The translations under genes and the position numbers were made by a program. This document shows, in pieces, positions 59,854-64,000 of a stretch of 64,000 nt of DNA. A model generated the notes under the pieces. The model was not told where the DNA came from and did not search any database. It was given only the letters and a program-made list of their open reading frames with translations. Source of the stretch: Mycoplasmatota bacterium (GTDB lineage Bacteria; Bacillota_I; Bacilli_A; Acholeplasmatales; Acholeplasmataceae); assembly GCA_024650045.1 (NCBI GenBank), contig JANKMU010000004.1, positions 78,379 to 142,378 of the forward strand, in the 5' to 3' direction. Within the stretch, counting starts at the first letter, position 1; each line of letters starts with the position of its first letter.

Positions 59854-60680
59854 AGATTTTTATTGTAGGTTTAGGGTTAATTGGAGCATCCTATGCTGAA
59901 GGATTACATAAAAATGGACATATCGTTTATGGTTATGATCAAAAACAAGAAAACATTAAAGAAGCAATTGAATTAGGATTTATCGAAAAAGATAACGAGT
60001 TAGATAAAATCAGCAAAGTTGATTTAGTCATTCTTTCACTTTATCCTAAAGATAATGTAGCATTTATAAAAGAACATAAATCGTTATTAACACCTGGGCA
60101 GATGATAACTGATGTAAGTGGAACAAAGGTATGGATGATGGAAGAAATAGAAGAAATACTTCCAGAAAAAATATCTTATACTTCACATCATCCTATGGCA
60201 GGAAAAGAAACCAGTGGTTTCCAGCATAGAGATTATAGAATGTTTCGTCATGCTAACTTCTTAATTGTTACAGGCAAAAAAAGTATTAAAAAAGACCAAG
60301 AAGTCTTAAGACTTATCGCAAACAACTTAAAATTTGGTAAAATAACAGTAGTAGACGCGAAAACACATGATGAACTCATCGCTTTCACGAGCCAATTAAC
60401 TCATATATTAGCAATATCACTTGTGCAAAGTGATCATTTAAATGAAACCAAACATGCAACAGGTGATTCTTATCGAGACTTAACAAGAATTGCGAAAATC
60501 AATGAAAACATGTGGACTGAGTTATTTCTTGAAAATAAAGATGCATTAATTAAAAAACTTAATGACTTTATTAAAGAACTCAAACATGTTAAGGAACTCA
60601 TATTAGTTGAAGATAAAGAAAGTTTAACAACATATTTAAAGGAAGCTAAAGAGAAGAGGAAATCTTTTGACGTTCATTAA
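59850..60680 (+). CDS. tyrA: Prephenate dehydrogenase
   Basis: Rossmann N-terminus MKIFIVGLGLIGAS and SHHPMAG catalytic His region. ATGA overlap with aroF. Confidence 0.88.
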   Translation: MKIFIVGLGLIGASYAEGLHKNGHIVYGYDQKQENIKEAIELGFIEKDNELDKISKVDLVILSLYPKDNVAFIKEHKSLLTPGQMITDVSGTKVWMMEEIEEILPEKISYTSHHPMAGKETSGFQHRDYRMFRHANFLIVTGKKSIKKDQEVLRLIANNLKFGKITVVDAKTHDELIAFTSQLTHILAISLVQSDHLNETKHATGDSYRDLTRIAKINENMWTELFLENKDALIKKLNDFIKELKHVKELILVEDKESLTTYLKEAKEKRKSFDVH

Positions 60681-61680
60681 AATGCCAGATTACTCCATTT
60701 ACATCGAAGATAAAGGATTAGAAAATCTTTCCAAGTATATCGAAGAAGTTTATGATTATAAAGATGTTTTTGTTGTTACTGATCAAACAGTTTACAAACT
60801 ATATCATCAAAGACTTATCGATGCACTACCAGATTTTAGAATCTCTTTTGTCATTATCGAGGATGGAGAAAAATCCAAATCAATAGAAGTCTACCAACAA
60901 ACGATTGAAAAATTAATCGAACAAGGGATGAAACGTAACCATTTATTGATATCTTTAGGTGGAGGCGTTGTTGGTGACCTTGCTGGTTTTGTTGCTGCAA
61001 CACTTTATCGTGGAGTTTCTTATATACAAATCCCAACAACTTTACTCGCTCAAGTAGATAGCAGTATAGGAGGCAAAGTAGCAATCGATTTAAAAGAAGG
61101 TAAAAATCTAATTGGTGCTTTCTATAATCCTAAATTTGTTCTTATAGATATTAATTTTTTAAAAACTCTAGAAAAAAGAGAATATGCAAATGGTCTGGCT
61201 GAAATGATAAAAGCTGGCTTAATTGGTGATAAAAAACTATATAACTACATACTAGAAAATGAAACAGTTGGTATTGAAGAAATCACCAGAGCTATACATG
61301 TAAAAAGAGAGGTAGTTTTAGCAGATCCCTTTGATCATAAAGAAAGAATGTATTTAAACTTTGGACATACATTTGGACATGCTATAGAAAAAACACACGG
61401 ATATGATTTATATAAGCATGGCGAAGCAATTAGTTATGGCATGCTTATAGCACTTGAAATTGGAGTCCATTTAAACGAAACTAAACCTGAATTATATGAA
61501 GAAGTTAAAAACCTTCTTATCAAGAGAGGTTTAGTAAAAGAACCTTTGTTACAATTAAATGATTATAAAGATGAAATTAAAACTGATAAGAAAAACTTAG
61601 CTGATGGTTTTCATTTTATTCTAGTCACTAGAGTAGGAGAAGTTAAAATTAAAATATTGAAGTTGAGTGATCTCTCATGA
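60667..61680 (+). CDS. aroB: 3-dehydroquinate synthase
   Basis: GGGVVGDLAGF, PTTLLAQVDSSIGGK and NFGHTFGHAIE motifs. The start is either TTG 60667 (after GAAGAGGA) or ATG 60682. Confidence 0.92.
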   Translation: MTFIKMPDYSIYIEDKGLENLSKYIEEVYDYKDVFVVTDQTVYKLYHQRLIDALPDFRISFVIIEDGEKSKSIEVYQQTIEKLIEQGMKRNHLLISLGGGVVGDLAGFVAATLYRGVSYIQIPTTLLAQVDSSIGGKVAIDLKEGKNLIGAFYNPKFVLIDINFLKTLEKREYANGLAEMIKAGLIGDKKLYNYILENETVGIEEITRAIHVKREVVLADPFDHKERMYLNFGHTFGHAIEKTHGYDLYKHGEAISYGMLIALEIGVHLNETKPELYEEVKNLLIKRGLVKEPLLQLNDYKDEIKTDKKNLADGFHFILVTRVGEVKIKILKLSDLS

Positions 61681-62936
61681 ATATAACCATAACACCTAAA
61701 AAACTTTCAGGACAAGTTTTAGTTGTTTCATCTAAATCATTATCGCATCGTTATTTGATTGCTGCTGGTTTAGCAAATGGTACGAGTACAATCAATAACA
61801 TTTTAGATTCTGATGATTTAGAAGCTACTAAAGAAGCATTAAAGTCTTTAGGAGTTTTAATTGATAGAAACTATATAACAGGTGGGAATCTTAAAAAGGT
61901 CAACGAAACAATAGACGCTAAAGAATCTGGATCAACACTGAGGTTTATGATTCCAATCGCAATGCTTTTAAGAGATAAAATAACTTTTACTGGACAAGGA
62001 AGGTTACCAAAAAGACCATTAGATGTCTATTTTGATATCTTTAAACAAAAACATTGTTACTATAAACAATTGTCAGATGACTATTTACCACTCGAAGTCA
62101 AAGGACAATTGAAAGCAGGTTTTTATCAAGTTCAGGGAGATATCAGTTCTCAGTTTTTAACAGGACTTTTATTCGCATTACCGTTATTAAAAAAAGATTC
62201 GGTTATAGAACTTATTACACCATTAGAATCTAAAGGTTATATTGATTTAACAATGGACGTTTTAAAATCTTTTGGTATTGAAATTGTCCATGTAGATGAG
62301 TTTATTTACATTAAAGGTAGTCAATCATATTTACCACAAAATGTAACCGTAGAAGGTGATTATTCTCAAGCTGCATTTTGGATGGTTGCCGGATTAATTG
62401 GAAACAATATCGAACTACTTAATTTAGCACTAGACAGTAAACAAGGTGATAAAAAAATAATTGAAGTCATCAAAGAAATGAATGGAAATATTACCTATAA
62501 AAGTCTATCGAAATCTTATGTAATAGAACCAAGTCTAACCAAAGAGGCAACAATTGATTTGAAGCATGTACCCGATCTTGGACCTATACTAATGGTGCTA
62601 GCTGCACTTAGTGAAGGAACAACAAAATTTATTAATACAAGCCGTCTGAGAATTAAAGAATCTGATCGCCTTCAAGCGATGTATGACGTTTTAACGAAGT
62701 TTAATGTAGATATGGAAATATTGGGTGATGAAGCGATAATCCATGGTAGAAGGATTTTAAAAGGTCATCAAAGCTTTGATTCATATGGCGATCATAGAAT
62801 TGCGATGGCAATCGCAATTGCAGCAATTAAAGCAGATGGACCTGTTACTATAATAAATGCTGGAGTAGTCAGCAAATCGTACCCAAATTTTTTCAAAGTA
62901 TATGAATCTTTAGGAGGTATCATTCATGAGTCTTGA
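61677..62936 (+). CDS. aroA: 3-phosphoshikimate 1-carboxyvinyltransferase (EPSP synthase)
   Basis: SSKSLSHR, ESGSTLRF, KESDR and GDHRIAMA motifs, 419 aa. Confidence 0.93.
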   Translation: MNITITPKKLSGQVLVVSSKSLSHRYLIAAGLANGTSTINNILDSDDLEATKEALKSLGVLIDRNYITGGNLKKVNETIDAKESGSTLRFMIPIAMLLRDKITFTGQGRLPKRPLDVYFDIFKQKHCYYKQLSDDYLPLEVKGQLKAGFYQVQGDISSQFLTGLLFALPLLKKDSVIELITPLESKGYIDLTMDVLKSFGIEIVHVDEFIYIKGSQSYLPQNVTVEGDYSQAAFWMVAGLIGNNIELLNLALDSKQGDKKIIEVIKEMNGNITYKSLSKSYVIEPSLTKEATIDLKHVPDLGPILMVLAALSEGTTKFINTSRLRIKESDRLQAMYDVLTKFNVDMEILGDEAIIHGRRILKGHQSFDSYGDHRIAMAIAIAAIKADGPVTIINAGVVSKSYPNFFKVYESLGGIIHES

Positions 62937-63180
62937 TAAATATAGAAAAATGATTGACGATATCGATATCAAAATGATGGACTTGTTTGAGAAAAGAATG
63001 CAAGTCTCTTTATTGATAGGCAAATATAAGAAAGATCATCAACTACCTATATTAGATAACAGTAGAGAAATAGAAATCTTAAACAAGAGAAAACAACAAT
63101 TAAACAATGATGAACTTTGGCCACACTATGAATCATTCATTAAAGAAATTATGCGTCTATCTAAGGAGTATCAAAAGTGA
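62926..63180 (+). CDS. Monofunctional AroQ-type chorismate mutase
   Basis: 84 aa, helical. R...IDDIDIKMMDLFEKRM and SREIEIL patterns match the AroQ class. Confidence 0.8.
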   Translation: MSLDKYRKMIDDIDIKMMDLFEKRMQVSLLIGKYKKDHQLPILDNSREIEILNKRKQQLNNDELWPHYESFIKEIMRLSKEYQK

Positions 63181-63965
63181 AGATGCGCTATGGCTTAATA
63201 GGTAAAAATATTCAATACAGTAAATCTCCTAAAATTCATGAGTTCATGGCTAAAAAACTAAACATTGATTTACGCTATGATTTGTTTGATATCGATGAAT
63301 CTGACATTCCACATTTGTTTAAACATTTGAGAAATAATGTTTTCAAAGGTTTCAATGTAACGATTCCATTTAAACAGATTATGATGAAACATGTTGATGT
63401 TCTCACTTCCAAGGCAAAACGAATTAAGGCAGTAAATACCATTTATTTAAAAGATGGAAAAATAGTTGGAGATAACACTGATTATGACGGCTTCTTAGGT
63501 TTGATTAAGATGAGTAAAATTAATGTTGAAAATCAAAAGATCTTTATTTTAGGAACTGGTGGTGCAGCAAAAGCTGCATATGTAGTTTTAACTGATCTCG
63601 GAGCAGACGTTACTGTCGTGACTAGGAATACAAACAGTATAGATCCTATGTTTAATAAGGTTGTTACTTATAATAAGTTATTCTCTGATCAAGTTGATAT
63701 CTATGTTCAAGCAACACCAATTGGAACGTATCCAAAAGTAACAGAATCTGTTTTAAATCAATCATTGGTTGCAGGTAAAACAGTTATAGAACTAATTTAT
63801 AATCCACCAATCACACAAATCATGAAGTATGCTAGTAAAAGTTATGGTGGTGTAAATATGTTAATATTACAAGCTTTAAAAAGTGAAGAAATATGGTTTA
63901 ATCAAAAAATCAGCATAAGCAATCAGTTAATAGAAGAATTAAAGGAAGTGATTTATAGTGAATAG
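63177..63965 (+). CDS. aroE: Shikimate dehydrogenase
   Basis: YGLIGKNIQYSKSP N-terminus, NVTIPFK, NTDYDGF and GTGGAAKA motifs. Confidence 0.92.
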   Translation: MKMRYGLIGKNIQYSKSPKIHEFMAKKLNIDLRYDLFDIDESDIPHLFKHLRNNVFKGFNVTIPFKQIMMKHVDVLTSKAKRIKAVNTIYLKDGKIVGDNTDYDGFLGLIKMSKINVENQKIFILGTGGAAKAAYVVLTDLGADVTVVTRNTNSIDPMFNKVVTYNKLFSDQVDIYVQATPIGTYPKVTESVLNQSLVAGKTVIELIYNPPITQIMKYASKSYGGVNMLILQALKSEEIWFNQKISISNQLIEELKEVIYSE

Positions 63966-64000
63966 TTATGGTCGTTTATTTCAAGTAACATTATATGGAG
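63958..64000 (+). CDS. aroC: Chorismate synthase, 5' end only (truncated by the window edge)
   Basis: GTG 63958 overlaps the aroE stop by 8 nt. The product VNSYGRLFQVTLYG... fits the xFGxxFxVTxxGESHG N-terminus. Only 14 codons are visible. Confidence 0.5.
   Translation, partial: MNSYGRLFQVTLYG

Overview
This is an AT-rich (roughly one-third G+C by eye), very gene-dense bacterial chromosome segment. TGA acts as a stop codon, with many ATGA/GTGA stop-start overlaps. The gene order follows Bacillus-type synteny blocks: rpoC | rpsL-rpsG-fusA-tuf | tatD | rpsF-ssb-rpsR | gdpP-rplI-dnaB | prfA-prmC | rpiB-upp-atpIBEFHAGDC-ywzB | yycJ-rlmH | pdxR/pdxST | aro operon. Several proteins carry lipoprotein signal peptides. 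My inference is an Acholeplasma-like (genetic code 11) mollicute or a closely related reduced low-GC Firmicute. I saw no rRNA, tRNA, CRISPR array, transposase, integrase, phage or recognisable defence genes. Most of the window is housekeeping. The parts worth a second look are: (1) a five-gene uronate-polysaccharide-type locus (49.7-57.0 kb) built around two large paralogous proteins I cannot assign to a family, next to a GPH symporter, a TIM-barrel isomerase and a GH88/GH105 unsaturated-uronyl hydrolase; (2) a 14-codon Tyr-rich leader ORF with alternative hairpins and an intrinsic terminator in front of the aro operon, which looks like ribosome-mediated attenuation; (3) a serine-palmitoyltransferase-like alpha-oxoamine synthase plus SDR pair inserted between rpoC and rpsL; (4) gdpP reading in frame, with no stop codon, into rplI, which keeps its own SD and GTG; (5) alpha-CTD-like HhH repeats in frame upstream of the beta-prime core; (6) a PadR-controlled membrane protein made of six tandem TM-hairpin repeats; (7) a CotH-family lipoprotein and a 980-aa PrsA-like lipoprotein. 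All functional calls rest on motif recognition by eye. No database search or folding calculation was run.
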